From Actinoplanes sp. (lineage in GTDB: Bacteria > Actinomycetota > Actinomycetes > Mycobacteriales > Micromonosporaceae): a stretch of 39,269 nucleotides of DNA. Shown piece by piece: positions 9,314 through 17,414 of this stretch; the stretch's first letter is position 1; each line of letters begins with the position of its first letter. A program made the translations under genes and the position numbers. Under the pieces are notes generated by a model. It was not told where the DNA came from. It ran no database searches and saw only the letters and a list, made by a program, of their open reading frames with translations. The stretch lies in assembly GCA_036557765.1 (NCBI GenBank), contig DATBGW010000139.1, positions 1 through 39,269 on the forward strand, read 5' to 3'.

Positions 9314-11551
9314 GTGGATGAAACAGGGCATTCCGGGGACTCTGGGCCCGCATCGGGCGGTGCTGACAGCGATTCGCGTGATCGCACCCCGGTCAACGGC
9401 TGGGCCACGTCCGACAGCCCGTGGTCCAACGCCGGTGCCGCCCTGGACCCCGAGGATGAGGATCTGCCGGCTTGGCGTCGCGCGTCCGCCGAGATCCGGC
9501 CGTTCACCCGGCAGCACCATTTTGACGAGGTACGCCCATCGGGTACGTCCCGTGGCCTCGCGGCAGCGCCGCCCGACCCGGTCGGGCCGCAGACCGGCTC
9601 CGGCTTTGAAGCGTCCGGCTTTGAAGCGTCCGGCTTTGAAGCGTCCGGCTTTGAAGCGTCCGGCGAGATCCGGCCGCTGACCGAAATCGGCCGCGAGGAC
9701 TCCGGTGGCTCCGGTTTCGGCGATGCCGACGGGTCCGGTGAGCTCGGTGTGCCCCTGGCGCCGCGGCCCAACGACGCCGGACCACGCTGGTCCACCGGAC
9801 GGAGTCGCTTCGCTGATCTTCTTTCGCATCTGCCGCACGGCGCCGGGGCGGCGGCCGCGGAGCTCGACGAGCCGGTGGCGCCGCGGCCGGACCCGTTGCA
9901 GCCGGGCGCCCTGCGGTCGGCCACCCAGCGACCGGACACGCTCGGGTCGGCCGACGAACAGCGGGCACTCGGTGGCCGGGCGATCGACGCCCCGCCGCCG
10001 AGCAGCGCACCCCCGTATCCGTACGAGGGGGATCTCGATGACGCCCGGCGGCAGACGTCACGACCGCCCGGCACCCCGCATCGCGGCTCGGTTCCGCTGT
10101 CCCGGGTCTTTCCGGCGGTACGGCCGGCCGCGCCCGGCGGGCGCCGCGCCGACTGGATCGGCGCCGAGTCCGCCCGGCACGCGGTGGACCCCGGTGCGCC
10201 CCCGGACAGCGTGCCGCCGGCCGGCGAACCACCGCTGACCGGCGAGACCAGCGGGGCCCGTGCGGCTTACGATCCGGCCACGTTTCCGCGGCGCCTGCCG
10301 TACGAGCCGACGTCGCCGGCCGGCCCGGAGACCGACTACCCGATGACCGACGACCCGGAGCCGCCTGCGTTGTCGGGGTCGCCTGGGTTGTCGGGGTCGC
10401 CTGGGTTGTCGGGGTCGCCTGGGTTGACGGGGTCGCCCGCATTCCCGGGGTCGCCCCCGTTCCCGGGGCCGCTCCCGGGCGAGTCGGTGTCCGGGGCGCT
10501 GCCGCAACGCGTGCCGGCCGAGCCGGACGTTCCCACCGTCCCGGAGCCGCCGTCGGTCGAACCGGCCGCCGAGACGCCCGCCCTAGCCCGCATCGCCACG
10601 CATCTGCGCCGCGGCAACCTGATTCCGCCGGGTGAACGCCAGGAGGGCTTCGACGTGCAGGCGATCCTCGCCGCCGTCCAGGAGGTGGCGGGTGTCCGCG
10701 ATGCGTCGCTGCGCACGACCCCGCAGGGCGCGCACAGCCTCCGGCTGGACCTGGCCGAGGGTGCCGATCCGGCGGAGGTGAGCCGCCAGGTGGCGCGGTT
10801 GCTGCAGGACCGGATGGGCCTGGACGCGGCAATGCAGGGCACGCCGGCGCCGGCCGCCGCGCTCCCGGCGACCGGTTCGGCGGCGGTCCCGTTCGTTCCC
10901 ACCCAACCCATCCCGACCGGGCGGGCGTCGGTCATTCCCGCGGCGCGCCCGCCGCAGGAGTTTCCCGACACGCTGTCCACCGCCGCGTCGGCCCCGGTCA
11001 GCGCGCCACCCGCCGACACGCCGCCGGTGTCGCCGGCCGGCCCCGCGTACGTGGCCGGCCCGTCCACGACGGCCGGGACCACCGACAGCGCGCTGCCGGA
11101 GGCGGAGTGCGGGCCGGCGCGGCCGCTCGCCGTCGGCGAACGGCCCGGACAGCGGGTCGTCATCGAGAACGTGCAGGTCAACACGTTCGGCACCGAGGCG
11201 ACCGTGGAGGTACGGCTGGCGGTGGGCGGTCAGGTGGCCGCCGGCACCGCGACCGGGCCGGCCGTCGACGGGTATCTGCTCCGGCTGTGTGCCATGGCCA
11301 CCGCGCACGCCGTCGACGAGCTCCTCTCCGGCGCCGACCATGCCGCCGGGCCGGCCCGGTGCTTTGTCGAGCACGCGGCGTCCGTACCGTTCGGGCCGTT
11401 GCAGGTCGCGGTCGTCGTCCTGTTGCTGTCCTGCGGTACGTGGGTCGAGCAGCTCGCCGGATCCGCCGTGGTCACCGGTGACGATCGGCACGCCGTGGTC
11501 CGCGCCACGCTCGCGGCCGTCAACCGGCGTCTCGAGGCTCTGCTCTCATGA
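9314..11551 (+). CDS. Large Pro-rich hypothetical protein: disordered N-terminal part with tandem repeats and two compact C-terminal domains
   Basis: GAGGAG RBS at 9302-9307 before GTG 9314; folded-looking segments FDVQAILAAVQEVAGVRDA...QVARLLQDRMGL and RVVIENVQV...AVVRATLAAVNRRLEALLS. Confidence 0.7.
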   Translation: MDETGHSGDSGPASGGADSDSRDRTPVNGWATSDSPWSNAGAALDPEDEDLPAWRRASAEIRPFTRQHHFDEVRPSGTSRGLAAAPPDPVGPQTGSGFEASGFEASGFEASGFEASGEIRPLTEIGREDSGGSGFGDADGSGELGVPLAPRPNDAGPRWSTGRSRFADLLSHLPHGAGAAAAELDEPVAPRPDPLQPGALRSATQRPDTLGSADEQRALGGRAIDAPPPSSAPPYPYEGDLDDARRQTSRPPGTPHRGSVPLSRVFPAVRPAAPGGRRADWIGAESARHAVDPGAPPDSVPPAGEPPLTGETSGARAAYDPATFPRRLPYEPTSPAGPETDYPMTDDPEPPALSGSPGLSGSPGLSGSPGLTGSPAFPGSPPFPGPLPGESVSGALPQRVPAEPDVPTVPEPPSVEPAAETPALARIATHLRRGNLIPPGERQEGFDVQAILAAVQEVAGVRDASLRTTPQGAHSLRLDLAEGADPAEVSRQVARLLQDRMGLDAAMQGTPAPAAALPATGSAAVPFVPTQPIPTGRASVIPAARPPQEFPDTLSTAASAPVSAPPADTPPVSPAGPAYVAGPSTTAGTTDSALPEAECGPARPLAVGERPGQRVVIENVQVNTFGTEATVEVRLAVGGQVAAGTATGPAVDGYLLRLCAMATAHAVDELLSGADHAAGPARCFVEHAASVPFGPLQVAVVVLLLSCGTWVEQLAGSAVVTGDDRHAVVRATLAAVNRRLEALLS
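9599..9664 (+). repeat. In-frame 15-bp tandem repeat (SGFEA x4)
   Basis: TCCGGCTTTGAAGCG four perfect copies plus a partial copy. Confidence 0.95.
10369..10476 (+). repeat. In-frame 18-bp tandem repeat (LSGSPG-type x6, degenerating 3')
   Basis: GTTGTCGGGGTCGCCTGG three perfect copies followed by three diverged copies. Confidence 0.9.
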
Positions 11552-11567
11552 ACCGCCTGCTGTCCGG

Positions 11568-12533
11568 ATGAAGGGCGCCGTCCTCGCCCGCGACGACGAA
11601 CTGCCGCGCGGCGACGCACCACCGCCATGGCCCGCGCGCCGAATCCGGATCGACGGCGCCATGCTGCAGGTCCGCGACACGGCCGCTACGTCGCCGAACG
11701 CCGAGCCGGCCCTGTACCTGCACGGGCTGGGCGGCTCGTCGCAGAATTACACCGATCTCGCCGGGCTGCTCGCCGGCCGTTTCGACGGCCAGGCCCTGGA
11801 CCTTCCCGGATTCGGTTACAGCGATCCGACGCTCCGGTACTCCCTGCCCGCGCTCGCCGACATCGTCATCGCATACCTGGACCATGCCGATCGCGGACCG
11901 GTCCACCTGGTCGGCAACTCGCTTGGCGGCTCGATCGCGGTACGCGTGGCCGGGTTGCGTCCCGACCTCATCCGTACGCTCACGCTGATCTCCCCGGCGA
12001 TGCCGTTCCTCGATCCGCGCCGGACCGCGCAGGGACCGGTGCTGCCCCTGCTGGGCCTGCCACGGGCGGAACGGTTGATCGCGTGGGGGATGGCCCGGCT
12101 GACCGTCGAGGAGATGGCCGAGCAGGTGCTTGCTGCGTGCTTCGGGGACACGTCGAAGGTGTTGCCACAACGGCGGGCCGAGGCGATCGAGGAGATCAAG
12201 CTGCGGTACACGGTCGCGCACTACCCCAAGGCATACCTTGCGACGATGCGTGGACTGGTGTCCAGCTTCGTGCGTGCGTACCTGCCCGGCGGGGACTCGC
12301 AATGGCGGATCGCCGCCCGGATCCAGGCGCCGACGCTGGTGATCGGTGGGCTCAGGGACAAGCTGGTCGATCCCCGGGTGCCGGCCAAGGTCGCCAAGGT
12401 GATTCCGGACAGCCGCCTGCTGATCCTGCCGGGCGTCGGGCATGTCGCGCAGATGGAGGTGCCGCGGATCGTGGCGCAGGCCATCGTCGGCATGCTCAAC
12501 GAGGTGGCAGCACCGGTCACAACGGTCGCCTGA
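11568..12533 (+). CDS. Alpha/beta fold hydrolase
   Basis: LHGLGG oxyanion motif, DLPGFGYS, GNSLGG nucleophile, GLRDKLV, GVGH; start re-assigned to ATG 11568. Confidence 0.9.
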   Translation: MKGAVLARDDELPRGDAPPPWPARRIRIDGAMLQVRDTAATSPNAEPALYLHGLGGSSQNYTDLAGLLAGRFDGQALDLPGFGYSDPTLRYSLPALADIVIAYLDHADRGPVHLVGNSLGGSIAVRVAGLRPDLIRTLTLISPAMPFLDPRRTAQGPVLPLLGLPRAERLIAWGMARLTVEEMAEQVLAACFGDTSKVLPQRRAEAIEEIKLRYTVAHYPKAYLATMRGLVSSFVRAYLPGGDSQWRIAARIQAPTLVIGGLRDKLVDPRVPAKVAKVIPDSRLLILPGVGHVAQMEVPRIVAQAIVGMLNEVAAPVTTVA

Positions 12534-12551
12534 GCGACCCCACACCCTTCC

Positions 12552-12623
12552 GCGATCTTGGAGTTGTGGTTGCCCTTACGCGGCATTGCGCCCGTTTCGT
12601 TGCAACCACAACTCCAAGATCGC
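12552..12623. repeat. Palindromic element copy 2 (core 12554-12621, reverse orientation)
   Basis: 21-bp perfect IR around the 30-nt spacer CCCTTACGCGGCATTGCGCCCGTTTCGTTG. Confidence 0.95.
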
Positions 12624-12712
12624 TGGGACTGGCGTAGGAGGCCCCGTGCTGGGCTGCGGACCTGGAGAAACGCCTGTGACAGGCCGTCGCTCATGGCACT
12701 CTGGCGTATGTC

Positions 12713-14998
12713 ATGGCAAAGGCGACAAAAGGCCCCGCAGACCCTCGGACCGCCGCTGGGGATCTGTCCACCCGGGACCAGACGACGGCGATCCCCCGGA
12801 GTGCCGCGCAGGAGTCGACGCCGGTCGACGCTGCTGATCCGTACGGAGCCGCGGCGCGAAGGCCCGCGACGGTGTCCCGGGCGCCGAACGGCCGGTTCGT
12901 ATCCGCCGGACGTCGTGGCGATGCCCCGGCCGTAAGTCAGGCCGCACGTCGTGGCGATGCCCCGGCGACAGTTTCGGGCACGCGCCTGGGCAACGCCTCG
13001 GCGTCCAGGACGGCAGTATCGGCTGGCGAGCCCAAGGTCACCGTCGCCGCGAACCAGACGCGGCCACGGAAGGCGACCGCCACCAGCCGGACGGGTTCGA
13101 CCGCCAAGGGGTCGACTCCGCCGGCGCGTCCCGCCGCTGCCAAGAGCGCGTCGGGAGGACGCTCGGCCGCCCCGGCCAAGGCACCCGCCGCCGCGACCTC
13201 CGCCAAGGGCACCGCATCGAAACCCGCAGGCGGCCCGGACGCGACGAAGGCGAAAACCACGCGTTCCACGGCGAAGCCGGCCGACGACGCGGCGAAGCCG
13301 GCACGCACCGCGTCCACGCGGACCAGGGCCGCCAAAGCGGGCGAAGCGCCGGTCAAGGCATCGCGGTCCCGGGCCACGACGGGCAGCGCGGAGTCGACCG
13401 GTCGGGCCAAGCCGGCTGGGACGAAGGCCGACAGTGCCGCAACGCCCGCGTCCAAACGGCGTCCGGCGCAGCCGAAGGGCGAGACCGCGGAGAAGAAGAC
13501 CGGGACCACGGCGCGACGTGCACCAGTGAAGGCCGCAGCGACCGGAGAAGACGCACCGGTGAAGGCCGCGTCAGCCGGAGCGAGCGCACCGACGAAGGCC
13601 GCGTCCGCTGGTGAAGGCGCACCGGTGAAGGCCGGGTCGGCCGGAGCGAGCGCACCGGCGAATGCCGTGTCCGCTGGTGAAGACGCACCGGTGAAGGCCG
13701 CTGCGGCCGGGGAAGGGGCTTCGGTCACGGTCGCGTCCGCCGGAACGGACGCACCGGTGAAGGCCGCGGCCGCCGGAGAGAACGCGGCTCGGCAGGAGCC
13801 GGCGGCGGCGCCGAAGGCCCGATCCACCAGGCAGCCGAAGGCCCAGGCGGATCCGGCCACCGCGACTCAAGCGACCGAGTCCGTCGCGACGTCCGGGCCC
13901 TCAGAGATCACGACGGAAACCACCGAAACCGTCGACCTGCGCGCGCCCGAGGCGCCAGAGCCGGAGACCGCAGCCATCGCCGTACGACCCGCGACGGACC
14001 GCGCGACTTCCGCCGAGGCCGACCGCACGTCGCACCGGCCGCCGACCCGCACCGGCGGCGTCGTATCACCCACGCGGGCGCCGGGCCACGGCCCGGCCGG
14101 TACCCACCCCGCGTCCACCGGCCCGGCCGCCACCCGGCCACCGGCCCGGCCCACCGAGGACCTACGGCCGGCCGGCGCCCGTACGGTCGAAACCGCGGAC
14201 AACCCCACCACGCAGGCCCGGCGGCGCCGCACGATGCTGTTGGTGTTCGTGGTCGTTGCGATCGTGGTCGTGGGTGTGTCGCTGTTCGTCCGGCAGCACC
14301 GCGCGACGCCGCCGACCGTCGTGCCGGCCGGGTCGCAGTTGCCACCGGTTCCGCCGACCGGCATCGCACCGACCGGCGCGGCCCCGAACGCCAAGGCGGC
14401 GCCGCCCGCGGACGCGGCCACCACCGGCCCTAGCACGGTGAGCGGAAAATTCACCTACGTCACTGGGTACGGTCCGCTGATGGGCACCACTGGAACGCTG
14501 CGCCGGTTCAAGGTCGCGGTCGAGTCGACGATCGGCCAGGGCAGCGGCGGCGACGTCGCCGACGAGATCGACAGTACGCTCGGTGATCCGCGCAGCTGGA
14601 TCGCCAGCCGGCAGGTACGGCTGCAGCGAGTGCCGCAGCAGGTGAACGCCGAGTTCACCATCTATCTGGCGTCGGCGCGGACGTCGGAGCGGATGTGCGG
14701 CGAAGGCGGTCTCGTGACCAAGGGCTACACGTCGTGCCGGCTGCCCGGTCAGGTGATCCTCAACGAGGCCCGCTGGGAGGACGCCGTGCCGGGATACGGC
14801 GCCCCGATCGCGACGTACCGTGCGTACGCCGTCAATCACGAGGTGGGCCACGAGCTCGGCCACAGCCACGAGGCGTGCCCAGGCGGCGGCCGGCTGGCCC
14901 CGGTCATGCAGCAACAGACGTACGGCCTGAACGGCTGCGTCGCGAACGCCTGGCCGTACATCGACGGCCGACGCTATTCAGGCCCACCCGCAGGCTGA
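12713..14998 (+). CDS. DUF3152 zincin-like membrane protein with a long Ala/Lys/Thr-rich N-terminal region
   Basis: TM helix after RRRR (MLLVFVVVAIVVVGVSLFV); C-terminal TLGDPRSW...YAVNHEVGHELGHSH...APVMQQQT...NAWP (HExxHxxGxxH). Start codon uncertain. Confidence 0.82.
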   Translation: MAKATKGPADPRTAAGDLSTRDQTTAIPRSAAQESTPVDAADPYGAAARRPATVSRAPNGRFVSAGRRGDAPAVSQAARRGDAPATVSGTRLGNASASRTAVSAGEPKVTVAANQTRPRKATATSRTGSTAKGSTPPARPAAAKSASGGRSAAPAKAPAAATSAKGTASKPAGGPDATKAKTTRSTAKPADDAAKPARTASTRTRAAKAGEAPVKASRSRATTGSAESTGRAKPAGTKADSAATPASKRRPAQPKGETAEKKTGTTARRAPVKAAATGEDAPVKAASAGASAPTKAASAGEGAPVKAGSAGASAPANAVSAGEDAPVKAAAAGEGASVTVASAGTDAPVKAAAAGENAARQEPAAAPKARSTRQPKAQADPATATQATESVATSGPSEITTETTETVDLRAPEAPEPETAAIAVRPATDRATSAEADRTSHRPPTRTGGVVSPTRAPGHGPAGTHPASTGPAATRPPARPTEDLRPAGARTVETADNPTTQARRRRTMLLVFVVVAIVVVGVSLFVRQHRATPPTVVPAGSQLPPVPPTGIAPTGAAPNAKAAPPADAATTGPSTVSGKFTYVTGYGPLMGTTGTLRRFKVAVESTIGQGSGGDVADEIDSTLGDPRSWIASRQVRLQRVPQQVNAEFTIYLASARTSERMCGEGGLVTKGYTSCRLPGQVILNEARWEDAVPGYGAPIATYRAYAVNHEVGHELGHSHEACPGGGRLAPVMQQQTYGLNGCVANAWPYIDGRRYSGPPAG
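13520..13783 (+). repeat. In-frame 33-bp tandem repeat, 8 copies (APVKAA(S/A)AGE(D/G)-like)
   Basis: Units begin every 33 nt from 13520 to 13751 (APVKAAATGED, APVKAASAGAS, APTKAASAGEG...). Confidence 0.9.
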
Positions 14999-15010
14999 TC
15001 GCGTTCCCCG

Positions 15011-15070
15011 CGCGATCTGTTCCATCCCCGCGCGATCTGTTCCCATCCCCCGCGATCTGTTCCCATCCCC
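15011..15070. repeat. 20-bp tandem repeat x3 abutting element copy 3
   Basis: CGCGATCTGTTCC(C)ATCCCC(G) x3; each unit starts with the element's outer-end sequence CGCGATCT. Confidence 0.9.
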
Positions 15071-15146
15071 CGCGAACTTGGAGTTGTGGTTGGCACAAAT
15101 ATGGGCGAAGCCCGCAGAAAGGCAACCATAACTCCAAGATCGCGGG
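15069..15146. repeat. Palindromic element copy 3 (core 15074-15141)
   Basis: One substitution per arm (GAACTT, CAACCATAAC); 30-nt spacer GCACAAATATGGGCGAAGCCCGCAGAAAGG. Confidence 0.93.
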
Positions 15147-15266
15147 AGGTGGGTCCGGACCACCGCACGGGGGCGCACGGAGAAGCGTGGTACACGTCAT
15201 GCGCGACGGCGGAGGAAGCGCGCAACAATGGGTGCCGCACGTTACCGCCGACCCCCGGGAGTCACC

Positions 15267-16448
15267 GTGTCATTGGCCCCGCTCGTCGAGCCGGCTTCCG
15301 AGCTGACTGTCGACGAGATCCGCCGCTACTCGCGCCACCTCATCATTCCCGACGTGGGGATGGACGGGCAGAAGCGGCTGAAGAACGCCAAGGTGCTCGT
15401 GGTCGGTGCCGGCGGTCTCGGCTCGCCGGCGTTGCTGTACCTGGCCGCGGCGGGCGTCGGCACGCTCGGCATCGTGGACTTCGACACGGTTGACGAGTCG
15501 AACCTGCAGCGCCAGGTCATTCACGGCGTCTCGGACGTCGGCCGGCCGAAGGCAGAGTCCGCTGCGGCGAGCATCCGGGAGATCAACCCGCTGGTCAACG
15601 TGGTGATCCACGACTTCGCGCTGGACCGCGACAACGTCCGTGATCTGTTCAGCCAGTACGACCTGATCGTCGACGGCACCGACAACTTCGCCACGCGCTA
15701 CATGGTGAACGACGCGGCGGTGCTCCTCGGCAAGCCGTACGTCTGGGGATCGATCTACCGGTTCGACGGGCAGGCCTCGGTGTTCTGGGCGGAGCACGGG
15801 CCGTGCTACCGCTGCCTCTACCCGGAGCCGCCACCGCCCGGCATGGTGCCGTCCTGCGCCGAGGGCGGCGTCCTCGGCGTGCTGTGCGCGTCCGTCGGAT
15901 CGATCCAGGTCAATGAGGCGATCAAGCTGATCACCGGCATCGGTGAGCCGCTCGTCGGGCGGCTCATGGTGTACGACGCACTGGAGATGGAGTACCGCAA
16001 GATCAAGGTCCGTAAGGATCCGTATTGCGTGCTCTGCGGCGAGAACGCGACCCAGACCGACCTGCTCGAGGACTACGACGACTTCTGCGGCGCGGTGTCC
16101 CCCGAGGCGCAGCAGGCCACGGTGGATGCCACGATCACCGCGCGGGAGCTGAAGGACTGGCAGGACGCCGGCAAGGACCTGTTCCTGGTGGACGTCCGGG
16201 AGCCGGCCGAATACGAGATCGTCAACATCCCGGGAGCCACGCTGATCCCGAAGGGCGACATCCTGTCCGGCGAGGCGCTGTCGCGGTTCCCGCAGGACCG
16301 GCAGATCGTGCTGCACTGCAAGACGGGCGTGCGATCGGCCGAGGCGCTCGCGGCGCTCAAGGCCGCCGGCTTCAAGGACGCCGTCCACGTTCAGGGCGGC
16401 ATCGTCTCCTGGGTCAACACGGTCAATCCGTCCCTGCCCTCCTACTGA
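15267..16448 (+). CDS. moeZ: Adenylyltransferase/sulfurtransferase MoeZ (MoeB + rhodanese)
   Basis: RYSRHL, GAGGLG, SNLQRQ, DGTDNF, CYRC, PSCAEGGVLG; C-terminal rhodanese DVRE...HCKTGVRS; GGGAG RBS before GTG 15267. Confidence 0.93.
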   Translation: MSLAPLVEPASELTVDEIRRYSRHLIIPDVGMDGQKRLKNAKVLVVGAGGLGSPALLYLAAAGVGTLGIVDFDTVDESNLQRQVIHGVSDVGRPKAESAAASIREINPLVNVVIHDFALDRDNVRDLFSQYDLIVDGTDNFATRYMVNDAAVLLGKPYVWGSIYRFDGQASVFWAEHGPCYRCLYPEPPPPGMVPSCAEGGVLGVLCASVGSIQVNEAIKLITGIGEPLVGRLMVYDALEMEYRKIKVRKDPYCVLCGENATQTDLLEDYDDFCGAVSPEAQQATVDATITARELKDWQDAGKDLFLVDVREPAEYEIVNIPGATLIPKGDILSGEALSRFPQDRQIVLHCKTGVRSAEALAALKAAGFKDAVHVQGGIVSWVNTVNPSLPSY

Positions 16449-16491
16449 GACGCTACGGCGGAAGTCGCGGCCTGGCGGTAGCGTTCCGGTC

Positions 16492-17301
16492 GTGGTGGAC
16501 ATCGATGCCGCGATCGGATACGTCGTGGCGCACGGTGATCCGGTGGAACGGGCGCGGCTCGCCCATCTGCGGACCGGCGCCCCGCCCCCACCACATGTCA
16601 TCGAACGCATCACCGAGGGACAGCGGCCGAGCGGTGGCTGGCCGCCGTCCGGCGAAGCGGTGGTGGCGTCGGTGGACGCGACCTGCTTTCGGCTGGGCGA
16701 GCTCGACGATCTCGGCGGCCTGCGCGGCCCGGCAGTCGATCGGGCCCTAACCTGGCTGGCCCGCCAGCAACGGGACGACGGCACCTGGGAGGAGGACCCG
16801 TCGCTGGCCGCCGAGGCGCCGCCGTGGGCCGTGCCAGGCGATCCCGAGGCGAGGCTCTACCTCACGTCGTTGGCCGGGTTCTGGCTGACCGTCGCCGAGG
16901 TGGAGGCGCATCCGTACCACGACGTGCCGGGCCGGTTCGAGTCCACGCTGGCCGCCGCCGCGCGGTACGTGGTCGAGCGGTTGCGCCCGGACGGCACCTG
17001 GCCGTCGTTCCTGGCCGCCGGTTGGCACGCCGCCGGCCTGCTGCACGAGCAGCTGTTCTTCTACGAGTCGGCGCGCGTGCAGCTGGTGCTCGGTGACCGG
17101 TTGAACGACATGACGCCGGCGGACGTCGCGTCGATGGTCGCCGCACTACGCCGGGTCAAGCTCGGCGAAGACTGGCTGCTGCAGAACGCGCGCAAACGCC
17201 TGAGCGAGACACAACGCAGCGACGGCGGCTGGGACAGCGACGAGGGCCCGATCTTCGACGTCAACACAACCTTGATCGCCCTGCGAGCCCTGCTGCCTTA
17301 A
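16492..17301 (+). CDS. Prenyltransferase/squalene-oxidase (QW-like) repeat protein
   Basis: Repeated QRPSGGW, QQRDDGTW, LRPDGTW, QRSDGGW motifs; TAGCGT -10 seven nt upstream. Confidence 0.8.
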   Translation: MVDIDAAIGYVVAHGDPVERARLAHLRTGAPPPPHVIERITEGQRPSGGWPPSGEAVVASVDATCFRLGELDDLGGLRGPAVDRALTWLARQQRDDGTWEEDPSLAAEAPPWAVPGDPEARLYLTSLAGFWLTVAEVEAHPYHDVPGRFESTLAAAARYVVERLRPDGTWPSFLAAGWHAAGLLHEQLFFYESARVQLVLGDRLNDMTPADVASMVAALRRVKLGEDWLLQNARKRLSETQRSDGGWDSDEGPIFDVNTTLIALRALLP

Positions 17302-17322
17302 GCCGCCAGCCCCTCCCCACAA

Positions 17323-17404
17323 CCTCGCCGATCTTGGAGTTGTGGTTGCCTTTTTGCGGCTTTGCTCCCTCTCTGTGCCAACCACAACTCCAAGATCGGC
17401 GAGG
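17323..17404. repeat. Palindromic element copy 4 (core 17330-17397, reverse orientation)
   Basis: Perfect 26-bp IR CCTCGCCGATCTTGGAGTTGTGGTTG; 30-nt spacer CCTTTTTGCGGCTTTGCTCCCTCTCTGTGC; between convergent genes. Confidence 0.95.
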
Positions 17405-17414
17405 ATTTGGGCGG

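Noticed and set aside
15205-15245. SigR/SigH-type promoter (GGAAT-N18-GTT) for moeZ
   Set aside because: The nearest GGAAG and GTT are 22 nt apart, so the spacing does not fit.
16492-17301. Terpene cyclase or biosynthetic gene cluster
   Set aside because: Only QW-like repeats in a 269-aa protein, no DxDD catalytic motif and no neighbouring biosynthetic genes.
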